Source: an uncultured Planctomycetales bacterium (GTDB lineage: Bacteria; Planctomycetota; Planctomycetia; Pirellulales; Thermoguttaceae). From it: a DNA stretch of 60,788 nt. The notes under the pieces were generated by a model. That model was not told the origin of the DNA and searched no databases. It was given only the letters and a program-made list of their open reading frames with translations. Below, one piece after another: positions 36,001 through 44,006 of the stretch (positions are counted from its first letter, which is position 1; each line of letters starts with the position of its first letter). The stretch spans positions 1 through 60,788 of the forward strand of contig CAMNJU010000001.1 of the NCBI GenBank assembly GCA_946541595.1, read 5' to 3'. Position numbers and translations under genes: made by a program.

Positions 36001-38358
36001 TCTCCCATCTGGCTTTTTGCGCTCGGCAGGGATCTCAATCGATTCATCGCCAACTAAATATTTCGCTGTTAGACTGTTATCTCGTTGAGAGGTCAGCACG
36101 TCGGAAACAGCGCCAGAAGCTACGACACGCCCGCCATGAACGCCGGGTCCCGGACCAAAATCCACCAAGTAGTCCGAAGCCAACATCGTATCTTCGTCAT
36201 GTTCGACCACGAGAACGGAGTTACCCAGATCCCTAAGTTTGTACAGAGTATTAATTAAACGCTCGTTATCCCGTGGGTGTAGGCCAATCGACGGCTCGTC
36301 CAAAACGTACATGACGCCAACTAGTCCGCCTCCTATTTGCCCCGCCAATCTAATACGTTGCATTTCGCCGCCGGACAGCGAAGGCGCTGAACGACCGAGC
36401 GAAAGATAATTCAAGCCGACATTTAGGAGAAAACCAAGTCGCCCGCGAATTTCCTTCACAAGATCCTTCGCAATGACTCGCGCAGAGTCAGAAAGATTCA
36501 GGTCGCTGAAAAACTCAAGCAAATCGGAAATTGGCAAGTTCGACAGTTCAGGAAGGGAGTAGGACTTCTTCTCGGCAAAAAGAGGCGCCTTAGAATTTGT
36601 CTCTATCCTGAATGAACGCGCCTGTTCGTTTAAACGCAATCCATGACAGTATTCGCAAGGAACGGTATTCATATAACGATCCATTGCGGCCAACTGCATC
36701 TTATTGGTCGTCTCCTGATACTGCTTGAGCATTTTAGGAATGATCCCTTCAAAGGTGCCGCCCCACTTATGCCCATTAGCCCCCTCATTGTAGGAATAGG
36801 TAATCTTCATATCGCCCGTTCCCCAGAGTAAGCCGCGTTTTACCCGTTCGTCAAGTTCCTCCCAAGCAGTCTCTAAAACATAATTCTTATCGAGGGAATA
36901 TCGTTTTTCCAAAGCGTCTGCCACGCCTTGGTAAATATGCTGATTCCAACGTCCCAACTCCTGCCACTTCCCAACTGGAACAATGCAACCCTGTTGAAAG
37001 GATTTTTTCCCATCAGGAATCAACAGCGCTGGATCGAAGGTATGAACGAAGCCCAAACCTTGACAGTGAGGACACATACCCTGCATATTGTTAAAGCTGA
37101 ACATTTGCGGGGTAGGACGCTCAAAACTCAAATTGCAATGAGAACACGCATAGTCGGCGCTAAAATACAGCTCGTCGCTAATCGCCGTCTCGAAATTAGC
37201 CTCCTGCGCAGTCTGTTCTCCCGCGGAGTCTGTTTTTTGAACAGTGGAATCATCGTTCAGATTGCTTTCCGGAGAGTCTTCTTGCCCAAGACTATTCGTG
37301 ACGTTCCTTTTCTGACTGTTTTTAGATTTGGCGCGCTTGCCATTAACTGCGTCTCCCTGTTTAGCAGACGGCTTCGTATTGTCGGCGCTATCGACAAAAT
37401 TGTCGGTCTCACTCTCCAAAGTGTCATTTAAACCATTTGGAGTCGCCTTTTTTTCTACGTTTGAAACCATCTGTGGAACGGCTTCAGTTTCGTCGCCAGC
37501 GTCGCTGGCGACATTGCCGAAATTAAAAGTTTGTTGCTCGGTTTCCCCGTCGTACCTCGCGTCAGTTATAGAACTGTCAGAGTCAAGAGAACCGTCCTCA
37601 CTTTGACTTTCAACAGGAAAACGAAGACGGTCGTTCAAAGGATTCCGGTCAAGGAGAACAATTACCTGCCCCTTCCCTAACTGGAGAGCTAAGTCGACTG
37701 CTTCGGTTAGACGTCGGTATGTCGAATCCGACTGCTTTAAATGGTCGATTACGACGTCAACCGAATGCCGCGCTTGACGATCAAGATTAATCTCGTCGTC
37801 CACGGAAAGAAATATGCCGTCAATTCTGACCTTTCGAAACCCTCTTCTTCTAAGCCTGTTCAGAAGTTCGACACAGCGACCTTTTTGATTACGAATCAAA
37901 GGAGCAAGTATCTGAAAGGAAACGCCAGAAGGAATAATTCGAAGGCGTTCCAATATCTGCGAACGCGTCTGGGCAAAAATCTTGCGACCGCACTTAGGAC
38001 AATATCCAGTGGCAACGCGAGCGTAAAGGACGCGTAAATAGTCGGAGATTTCAGTAATCGTCCCTACGGTAGAACGAACGTTCTGTCCGGCGGTCTTTTG
38101 AGAAATTGAGATTGCGGGACTCAATCCCAAAACTTGGTCGACGTCAGGCCTGGGAAGTTGGCCCAAAAATTGCCGGGCGTAACTTGAAAGACTCTCTACA
38201 TACCGCCGCTGTCCTTCAGCATACAACGTGTCAAACGCAAAAGAACTCTTCCCGCTCCCGCTCACGCCGGTAAAGCATACAAAACGATTCCGAGGAAGCC
38301 GCAAATAAACGTCGTCCAAATTATGCTCGCGAGCGCCACGTACAATAATATCAGACAT
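33010..38358 (-). CDS. uvrA: UvrA-family protein with three ABC modules: one complete UvrA (NBD-I + NBD-II) fused to a second NBD-I
   Basis: Walker A motifs at aa 31-39, 815-823 and 1172-1180. Signatures LSGGEMQR (661), LSGGEAQR (1004) and LSGGEAQR (1661). All UvrA zinc CxxC pairs are present in units 1 and 3. The protein ends ...TTGPYLSGKKGIPIPVNRRILL, which is the inter-NBD linker of canonical UvrA. Confidence 0.9.
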   Translation of the reverse strand: MSDIIVRGAREHNLDDVYLRLPRNRFVCFTGVSGSGKSSFAFDTLYAEGQRRYVESLSSYARQFLGQLPRPDVDQVLGLSPAISISQKTAGQNVRSTVGTITEISDYLRVLYARVATGYCPKCGRKIFAQTRSQILERLRIIPSGVSFQILAPLIRNQKGRCVELLNRLRRRGFRKVRIDGIFLSVDDEINLDRQARHSVDVVIDHLKQSDSTYRRLTEAVDLALQLGKGQVIVLLDRNPLNDRLRFPVESQSEDGSLDSDSSITDARYDGETEQQTFNFGNVASDAGDETEAVPQMVSNVEKKATPNGLNDTLESETDNFVDSADNTKPSAKQGDAVNGKRAKSKNSQKRNVTNSLGQEDSPESNLNDDSTVQKTDSAGEQTAQEANFETAISDELYFSADYACSHCNLSFERPTPQMFSFNNMQGMCPHCQGLGFVHTFDPALLIPDGKKSFQQGCIVPVGKWQELGRWNQHIYQGVADALEKRYSLDKNYVLETAWEELDERVKRGLLWGTGDMKITYSYNEGANGHKWGGTFEGIIPKMLKQYQETTNKMQLAAMDRYMNTVPCEYCHGLRLNEQARSFRIETNSKAPLFAEKKSYSLPELSNLPISDLLEFFSDLNLSDSARVIAKDLVKEIRGRLGFLLNVGLNYLSLGRSAPSLSGGEMQRIRLAGQIGGGLVGVMYVLDEPSIGLHPRDNERLINTLYKLRDLGNSVLVVEHDEDTMLASDYLVDFGPGPGVHGGRVVASGAVSDVLTSQRDNSLTAKYLVGDESIEIPAERKKPDGRWLVVHGVTHHNLKNIDVKIPLGGVVCITGVSGSGKSSFVNDVLKEILARELNRANGRPGHYKSIEGVEYLNKLISIDQSPIGRTPRSNSATYIKLFDEIRKLYAETPEARAKGFTPGRFSFNVPGGRCEACEGNGSTRLEMDFLSDVWATCPVCGGRRFNQETIAVKYKGLSIDQVLELDVESALKHFENIPKIREKLQTLYEVGLGYMKLGQPSPTLSGGEAQRVKLAKELVKKSSGKTMYLLDEPTTGLHFADVRLLLKVLRSFADAGNTVLIVEHNLDVIKMADWVIDLGPEGGEAGGQIVAEGSPEDIAANPNSHTGVALKEFLNRDRAKLVQKLASSEDKTTDLFAESDVEGPIIIRGAQEHNLQNISVEIPRNKLTVCCGPSGSGKSSLAIDVAYAEGRRRYVESLSSYARQFLGQIQKPKVEKTIGISPSIAIEQKSTSKSPRSTVGTVTEVHDYLRVVFARLGTPYCPDCGLPIGAQTTDQIVARIMLQNTGARALLTAPLSLDSGEDYPKLWERLRAQGFSRVRVNGTTYSLDEPPEISRKSLVEVDVIVDRFQLKISSDEKAERNRRGRVAGSVETALEWGKGVVRLIIADDRRPERDWIVQTMSQKLSCEKCGRAFEALTPRHFSFNSPLGWCPHCEGLGVHSGANPHNFIRDPKLTLAEGAVSIWSDFRTPTTTAMMRAFARETGTPLDVPFDRLDARFRRFVFNGTGERWIQVLECDLEAARVAESPNDRAEGALDWTRASANRVVFQFQFKGVYSATEEAGRLVPYYRGRLEYQIDEHECSACLGSRLRDDVSAVRFHDLTLDQICRTPIGELVAFFENLQFTELEKAIAGDLFEEIISRLRFLSDVGLDYLTLSRPTPSLSGGEAQRIRLAAQIGSGLVGVLYVLDEPTIGLHNRDNCRLIAALKKLRDLGNTVIVVEHDQEVIESADNVIDFGPRAGAQGGLVVASGTVDEVKQNANSTTGPYLSGKKGIPIPVNRRILL

Positions 38359-38389
38359 ATATCAAGGCCAAATATTCAAAAAACATAAA

Positions 38390-38409
38390 GTTTACAATCC
38401 GTTGTAAAC
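38390..38409. promoter_or_regulatory. Perfect palindrome (candidate operator) 31 nt upstream of the 1782-aa uvrA-like ORF
   Basis: GTTTACAA-TCCG-TTGTAAAC, with 8-bp perfect arms and a 4-nt spacer. Confidence 0.35.
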
Positions 38410-39213
38410 TTCGCTCTTTCAGTTTTAAAACGACGTCAAAAACACTGGAAAGACGCCTGAAAGGTCAGATTCAAGAGTCTGAAGAGCGCCATGTCAGGCA
38501 GGCAAAGCGCTCGCTTTTGCCTCGCGTAAGAAACAAACGCCATGAGAACTATTCTCTCTTCCTTTTCGACCGTCGTCGTGAGTCGCAATTTCATTTACGC
38601 ACCTCTAGAAATTACTCCTAACAACCAGTGAAGTCTATTCGGTCCGCAGGCCTTTCCGCCAAAGAAACGGAAAACGCGCGGAACGTCGTTCAACGCGTTA
38701 GAAGAACGAACTCCCTTCCGATGAACTGCAGAACAAAATTATAATGGATGTTTACTGAAGTTCAACTGTAAAATCATACAAACCAGTTCGATTTTCAATT
38801 TCTCATAGAATTTATCCCCCATTACACAAACACGATCTTTCAATGGGTATTTCGCTCCCCACTGACTCAAATTTCGCAATAGCCTCTTGAACGGAGAGAA
38901 AAACGACGCCACTACACATATGCCTATCTCTAAATTTCACTTTTTAACGGCTGCGACACGTGGCAATGCGTCAGAAATACCTCAAAGGGGCGAAAACAGA
39001 CTCCCGTATATTCGTCTCTTCACGGGCTCCTCCCCCCTAGATGAAAAACAGATCTAATCTACTATTAATACTTTGAGGGTTAATTTCGCGCGAAGCTTTC
39101 GTCGAGCTCGAAAGTTACTCTTTCGTCTCTGTCTTTGCGTCAAATTTGCTGAGTAATCGACGACTTGGATTGTTGTTCTGCTTTAACCGTCAATTATCAA
39201 TCAGGACTGTCAC

Positions 39214-42200
39214 ATGAAACGATTCGAACTAAACGAAAACGAGAAAGCTCTCATATGCAGTATCTTGGGGTATTTAAATTTTTCCTCGGGGTGCCGCGAC
39301 GTACAGTTCGTCAAAACATGGGACGATCTCTACAAAGATTTCTCTGAACGCGGTTCGACGGAAATATGGCGAGATTCCGTCGACGCTCTAAAGGAAGAAC
39401 TACCCCGCCTAGAAGCGGCCGGGGGCGCCTTTGTCGACTCAACCCAAGCTAAAAAAGCGCTCGAGCTTATCGATGAGTCTTTGGAAGCGTATCGAGAATT
39501 TCACAAAGACGTGTTATTTTCGCTTGATAATTCGTATCTATTCAACTCGTTCTTCATGAGCAGATTGTGCGACGTTATTACCCGAAACGCCCCCTTAACG
39601 CCGGACAAGGCAAAAATCGACAAAATCATTGTTCAATTAAACGACTATCTCGGTTACCGTCCTATTCCCGTTCTCGAGGGGGGGGAAAAACATGAACCGA
39701 ACAAGCATGAATGGATATCTCCACTTCCGATCTACATTGAAGGCGTAGGAACAGCGTTCGGCAAATATCAAAACGTTGTAGAGATAGCGCTCGAAATATT
39801 GAAAGATACTGATTCGTCCATTCTTAGCGACGCTTCGTTCATACCGGAAAAACTCCGAGAACTTGCGGTTGATACGCGGGCATACGATTACGATCACCCC
39901 GTTAATAGGCGGTTAAACTATAGTTTTGGAACTTGGGACGATCGTTGTATCGACAAAGAGGGGTATTTCCGTCGGTTCATCCTTCAGCGTGCGACCCTTG
40001 ACGCAATTATGAGCCGCGTCCAGAAAGAAGAAGACCCCGTTTTACGTAAAGAGTACGAATACGAGGCTGCTGCGATTCTGGCGGGAACTATGCTTATGGG
40101 CTCGGCCGTAAGCGGCGGACATGTTCAAGCGCACGACTCCTCTGTAACGCTGTCTTCGCTTACGCCTATTATTGCCCTTTTTCGAGACGAATTTTACGAA
40201 AAGTTGCTCGCTAAAACGCCAGAGCCCATAAAAACAAGGTTAGAAGAGGAAAAACGCCAGTTCTTCCAACCGTTTGCGGGAAGCCGCCAGTACCTCAACC
40301 AGTATCTTGCCCAAAAACGCGCAGATCAACTTCAACGCTTTTCACTGGCAAGGACGTACGCGCGTATGGGCTACTTTGAAGCGTCTAGACGTCAAACCGA
40401 AGTAATAGAAACCTCGGCTTCTAGGCTCCTTTCGCAAATTGATTGCTATATTACGCGATCTCATTTATCCGCCGATTCAGGCGCGCTTGAAGACGCCGCG
40501 GCTTGCATGCCTAAAATTGAAGAGCTTTTGCGCCGCGGACTTGCGTGCGGAGCGTTCCCGGATCCTTGGTTTATTTTAGGATTCGACGCGCAGTTTAACC
40601 TTTTCCCAACGGTAGAAGACGGCGTACATGATCATCGACTCGACGGGTTGATTGATCTTTTGAACGATATCTTCGACTTATACAGCCGTCTTCAAAAAGA
40701 GGCCGCGGCAGCGGGCAAAACAGAATTACGCTTGGAACTGTCTGACCAAATGAGCAGCCTCGCAGATTGGTGGGATCAGTTTGGGAGTACGGAAGTATCG
40801 TCTGTAGACGGTTTTTCCGGACAAGACGCTTGGGAATCCGCCGCCGAAGTATCAAGCGCGCTTGCCGTCTGGAGTCAAGCGGGCAAGGCGATCGGCGACG
40901 TCGCTTTTTGGAAACGGCATGTCAACCGTTTCAAGACGCCCAAGGCCTTTGTGCTTCTTTGCGAGGCGTTACTTGATAAGAACGACTTGATTTCCACTTC
41001 GTCGCTACTCATCTACTGGTTGAACCAATCAAGTTCCATTCCTCTCGTTGAAGGAGATTACTCTTTTCATTCTGTCGTCTTTGATTGGATGGAAAAGTCA
41101 TGGTCCAGCTCCGAAGAATTGGAATCGCCTTCTTTATTACGCAGAAAACGATCCGAATCCACCCGTCAATGGTCTGTTGAAGAATACCTAAAACGCTGGG
41201 GAACAACGACCAAATTTATGGATTTCTTCGGTGAAAACGCCGATTCCTACTGGTCAATTCCTTCGATAAATCTTCCCAAAGAAAGATTCGATCGCAAAAT
41301 TTTGCTGAAAACAGACAATCCTGTTATTGCCGAGTTGACTCGTCGTCTTCTTCTTTCGGTAAGATACTCTGGAAAGACTGCTACCGGCGTTCCGAAGATT
41401 TCTCTCAAAGCGTCGTTCAGAGACGATGCGAGATCTGTCGATGAAGAAGCTTTGTTCTCACCAGAGGAATTCAAAAAGTTTTATACTGATAATCAGAAGG
41501 TTTTCCCAAAGTATTTAACTTTTCAGGCCTTTATGCAGATCGTACTGAACGAAGTGCCTATGTCGCCACACAAATTGGCTTTCTACCGTAAGGAGATATT
41601 TGGCGATATAAATAAGTCTTTTTCCGTTTCTAATCCGACCTTCTCTGTTGGCAATCCCGACAAAAGCGGATCGGATATTGATAAAAATGAGGACTCCAAG
41701 AATAATCTTCTAAGCAAATTGAACGAGGAGTTACAAAGCCAGGACGTTGATTCTCTTGACGATTTTATCGAACGACTTCTTTCAAAAATGGACGATGGAA
41801 AATCGAAAGAAGGCGACCTCTCCGTCAATACCAACGTTGGAAACGAACATGCGTTAATCGTTCGGATCGACGATTGGGAATCAGATTCGATAGATTCAGA
41901 CGACTATGAAGAAGAATTCGACGAAGACGCCAAAAACGAATCTGTCGAGCATACAATTACCGGTGGGGATTCCAGATTCAGCGCCGCTTATGAACACATG
42001 AGCTATCATGACACCGCAGACGACGGAGTTGACGACGATATTGCGGGGGGTAAATCAAAATTTCAAGAGGGCGGAAACGACCTTGAATTTGGGCAAGAAA
42101 CTGACCGAATCTCTGAACGTTTGACTTTTATTATATCAACGGTCAAGTTATGGAAATTTGCAGCTGGACGCTCACCCCAACTCACGCTGCTTGAAAACGG

Positions 42201-43929
42201 CTCCTTGGACGACGACGTTTTAAGTGAATCAAGACTTCGTTTAGAAGAATGGCGTGACCAAGCGCTAAAATTTGAAACAGGCCTGTATGAACTCCTCGAT
42301 CAGGCGGCGCGACTGCGAATTCCACGTCCGTCTGGCACAACGGAGTCTCTGGTCGAATACGATCAGATTCGAGGAACAAAAGAAATTCTTCTCGACCGTA
42401 TCATATGGACAATTGTCGAAGTTGAAGACGTTATTGTCTTTCTTAAAGCCACGTTGCGCGATGAAACGACGGAAAAGTATGCTAAACCGTGGAAATCAGC
42501 CGTGCTAGAAACGTTTAGCGCGATATTCAGGAGGGACGTTAAACGAGTTCGGCTTCTTTGGCCGCAACTTCTTAGCAAATTGGAAACTGAGACGTTGCTT
42601 TACATTCCAACTTCACGCGGAGGAGACGCGAAGGCTATTGTCGAACGCCGCCGTTTGCAGCAGGTCGTTCTTAGTCTGCTCCGTTATACGCCGCGACTTG
42701 GGCTCCTTCGTGAAACGTTTCAGTTGATTTCCTGCGTGCAAAAGATGGAGCAGATCAGACTTTCGTCGCCGGGATCAATTACGGAATACGACAGACTTGT
42801 AGAAACCGCTACGCGCAGCATTACCGAATCGCTTTCGGAATCCTCTAAAAAATGGCGTGTCGACAGATCTCTTCCCGATTATAAAACGCGGGATCATATG
42901 CTGGTCGATTACTTGGCCGACGCGATAGAAATTATTTTAAAACATTGGTTGTCTCATAGTCAGCAGATAAGAGTTTCTTCGGTAGAAGCGCTCTCTTCGC
43001 CGCAACGCTGGAAGATAGTCAAGAGTTTTATCCAGAATTACGGTTCCGGTCTGTTCACGCAAGAATTTCTCTCGTTCCGGAGTCTTCGCGCTATTTTGCA
43101 TCAGGGAACTCATAATTATCTTTCCTCGTTGATCTCTTTGAAGAAGAGCGGGTACGACTTAGAGATCGGCGATCGGCTCGTTACCGCAATTGTCGACGGC
43201 AAGGAAAATTTAGATAACGTCGCCGCAACGCTCGAAATTATTATCGAATGCGTTGCGGAGAATTATATGGAATACGTCGACTACAACAGCACGACGATTC
43301 AATCAGACCGCGGCGAGAATCTTTATATCCTTCTTGACTTTTTCCGTACCCTTTGCAACTACGAAAGAACTTCTTGGAATCTCAAACCGATCTATTGGAT
43401 TCACGATTCGCTGATTCGTTCAGAACGCCCCGAAGCCGCTCGACTTTGGAAAGAAGACATAAAACAGAAAAGCTCCGGTCTTGCGGAAAACGGATTACGC
43501 GAATATGCCGAGCTTTGTCAAAAATATGGCGTTCGCTTACAGTGCGTCTATCAACGTCTTTCTGAACGCTTCGTTCGGCCGCTGGATATAGCTCAGATGT
43601 GCGGTCTAGTTTTTGATTCAATCTCGGCCGTTCGAAAAGAAGGAGAAAATAATCCTATCTTTGAAGAACTTTCCAAGGAAGTGGAGTCGTTTGCGTCGTC
43701 TCCGTCAGGAAATGGATTTGAACTCCCGGAATGGCTTACTACGCTTCAAGACGAGGTCGTTCTTTCCCGAGTTGACAGTAAGGAAGAACGCAGGGAAAAC
43801 GATTCAAAAGAGGATCCCTTTGAATCTATTCCCTTTTTGCCTATCGAACGCTTATCGCGTTCTGAAATCGAAGAACAGCTTCACTCGACGGTCTCGGAAC
43901 TTAAAGGTCAGTCTCATAAGAGAAGATAA
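39214..43929 (+). CDS. Giant (1571 aa) cytoplasmic protein of unknown function, predicted to be mostly alpha-helical
   Basis: One uninterrupted ORF with an ATG start, no signal peptide and no TM segment. There is an acidic low-complexity stretch around aa 830-960. No catalytic motif recognised. Confidence 0.75.
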   Translation: MKRFELNENEKALICSILGYLNFSSGCRDVQFVKTWDDLYKDFSERGSTEIWRDSVDALKEELPRLEAAGGAFVDSTQAKKALELIDESLEAYREFHKDVLFSLDNSYLFNSFFMSRLCDVITRNAPLTPDKAKIDKIIVQLNDYLGYRPIPVLEGGEKHEPNKHEWISPLPIYIEGVGTAFGKYQNVVEIALEILKDTDSSILSDASFIPEKLRELAVDTRAYDYDHPVNRRLNYSFGTWDDRCIDKEGYFRRFILQRATLDAIMSRVQKEEDPVLRKEYEYEAAAILAGTMLMGSAVSGGHVQAHDSSVTLSSLTPIIALFRDEFYEKLLAKTPEPIKTRLEEEKRQFFQPFAGSRQYLNQYLAQKRADQLQRFSLARTYARMGYFEASRRQTEVIETSASRLLSQIDCYITRSHLSADSGALEDAAACMPKIEELLRRGLACGAFPDPWFILGFDAQFNLFPTVEDGVHDHRLDGLIDLLNDIFDLYSRLQKEAAAAGKTELRLELSDQMSSLADWWDQFGSTEVSSVDGFSGQDAWESAAEVSSALAVWSQAGKAIGDVAFWKRHVNRFKTPKAFVLLCEALLDKNDLISTSSLLIYWLNQSSSIPLVEGDYSFHSVVFDWMEKSWSSSEELESPSLLRRKRSESTRQWSVEEYLKRWGTTTKFMDFFGENADSYWSIPSINLPKERFDRKILLKTDNPVIAELTRRLLLSVRYSGKTATGVPKISLKASFRDDARSVDEEALFSPEEFKKFYTDNQKVFPKYLTFQAFMQIVLNEVPMSPHKLAFYRKEIFGDINKSFSVSNPTFSVGNPDKSGSDIDKNEDSKNNLLSKLNEELQSQDVDSLDDFIERLLSKMDDGKSKEGDLSVNTNVGNEHALIVRIDDWESDSIDSDDYEEEFDEDAKNESVEHTITGGDSRFSAAYEHMSYHDTADDGVDDDIAGGKSKFQEGGNDLEFGQETDRISERLTFIISTVKLWKFAAGRSPQLTLLENGSLDDDVLSESRLRLEEWRDQALKFETGLYELLDQAARLRIPRPSGTTESLVEYDQIRGTKEILLDRIIWTIVEVEDVIVFLKATLRDETTEKYAKPWKSAVLETFSAIFRRDVKRVRLLWPQLLSKLETETLLYIPTSRGGDAKAIVERRRLQQVVLSLLRYTPRLGLLRETFQLISCVQKMEQIRLSSPGSITEYDRLVETATRSITESLSESSKKWRVDRSLPDYKTRDHMLVDYLADAIEIILKHWLSHSQQIRVSSVEALSSPQRWKIVKSFIQNYGSGLFTQEFLSFRSLRAILHQGTHNYLSSLISLKKSGYDLEIGDRLVTAIVDGKENLDNVAATLEIIIECVAENYMEYVDYNSTTIQSDRGENLYILLDFFRTLCNYERTSWNLKPIYWIHDSLIRSERPEAARLWKEDIKQKSSGLAENGLREYAELCQKYGVRLQCVYQRLSERFVRPLDIAQMCGLVFDSISAVRKEGENNPIFEELSKEVESFASSPSGNGFELPEWLTTLQDEVVLSRVDSKEERRENDSKEDPFESIPFLPIERLSRSEIEEQLHSTVSELKGQSHKRR

Positions 43930-44006
43930 TTCGCTTCGGCCGTGCGTTTTACCGTTTCCATTATTTGAAAGAATCAAACGGAACATGTAATCTTCCGAGG
44001 AAAACT

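Noticed and set aside
36928-37431. 167-aa plus-strand ORF, with others at 37328..37606 and 37741..38037
   Set aside because: They are antisense to the 1782-aa UvrA-like ORF, whose frame is validated by conserved motifs throughout. They have no motifs of their own.
38958-38975. Sigma-54-like TGGCA...TGC element upstream of the 1571-aa gene
   Set aside because: The GG and GC dinucleotides are not at the required 10-nt spacing (TGGCAATGCGTCAG), so it does not fit the -24/-12 consensus.
43613-43990. 125-aa ORF bridging the end of the 1571-aa gene and the kinase gene (possible frameshift fusion)
   Set aside because: It is in a third reading frame relative to both genes, has no slippery-site-like sequence that I can see, and gives an Arg/Lys-rich translation typical of an off-frame read. 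The kinase has its own ATG with a GAGGA ribosome-binding site.
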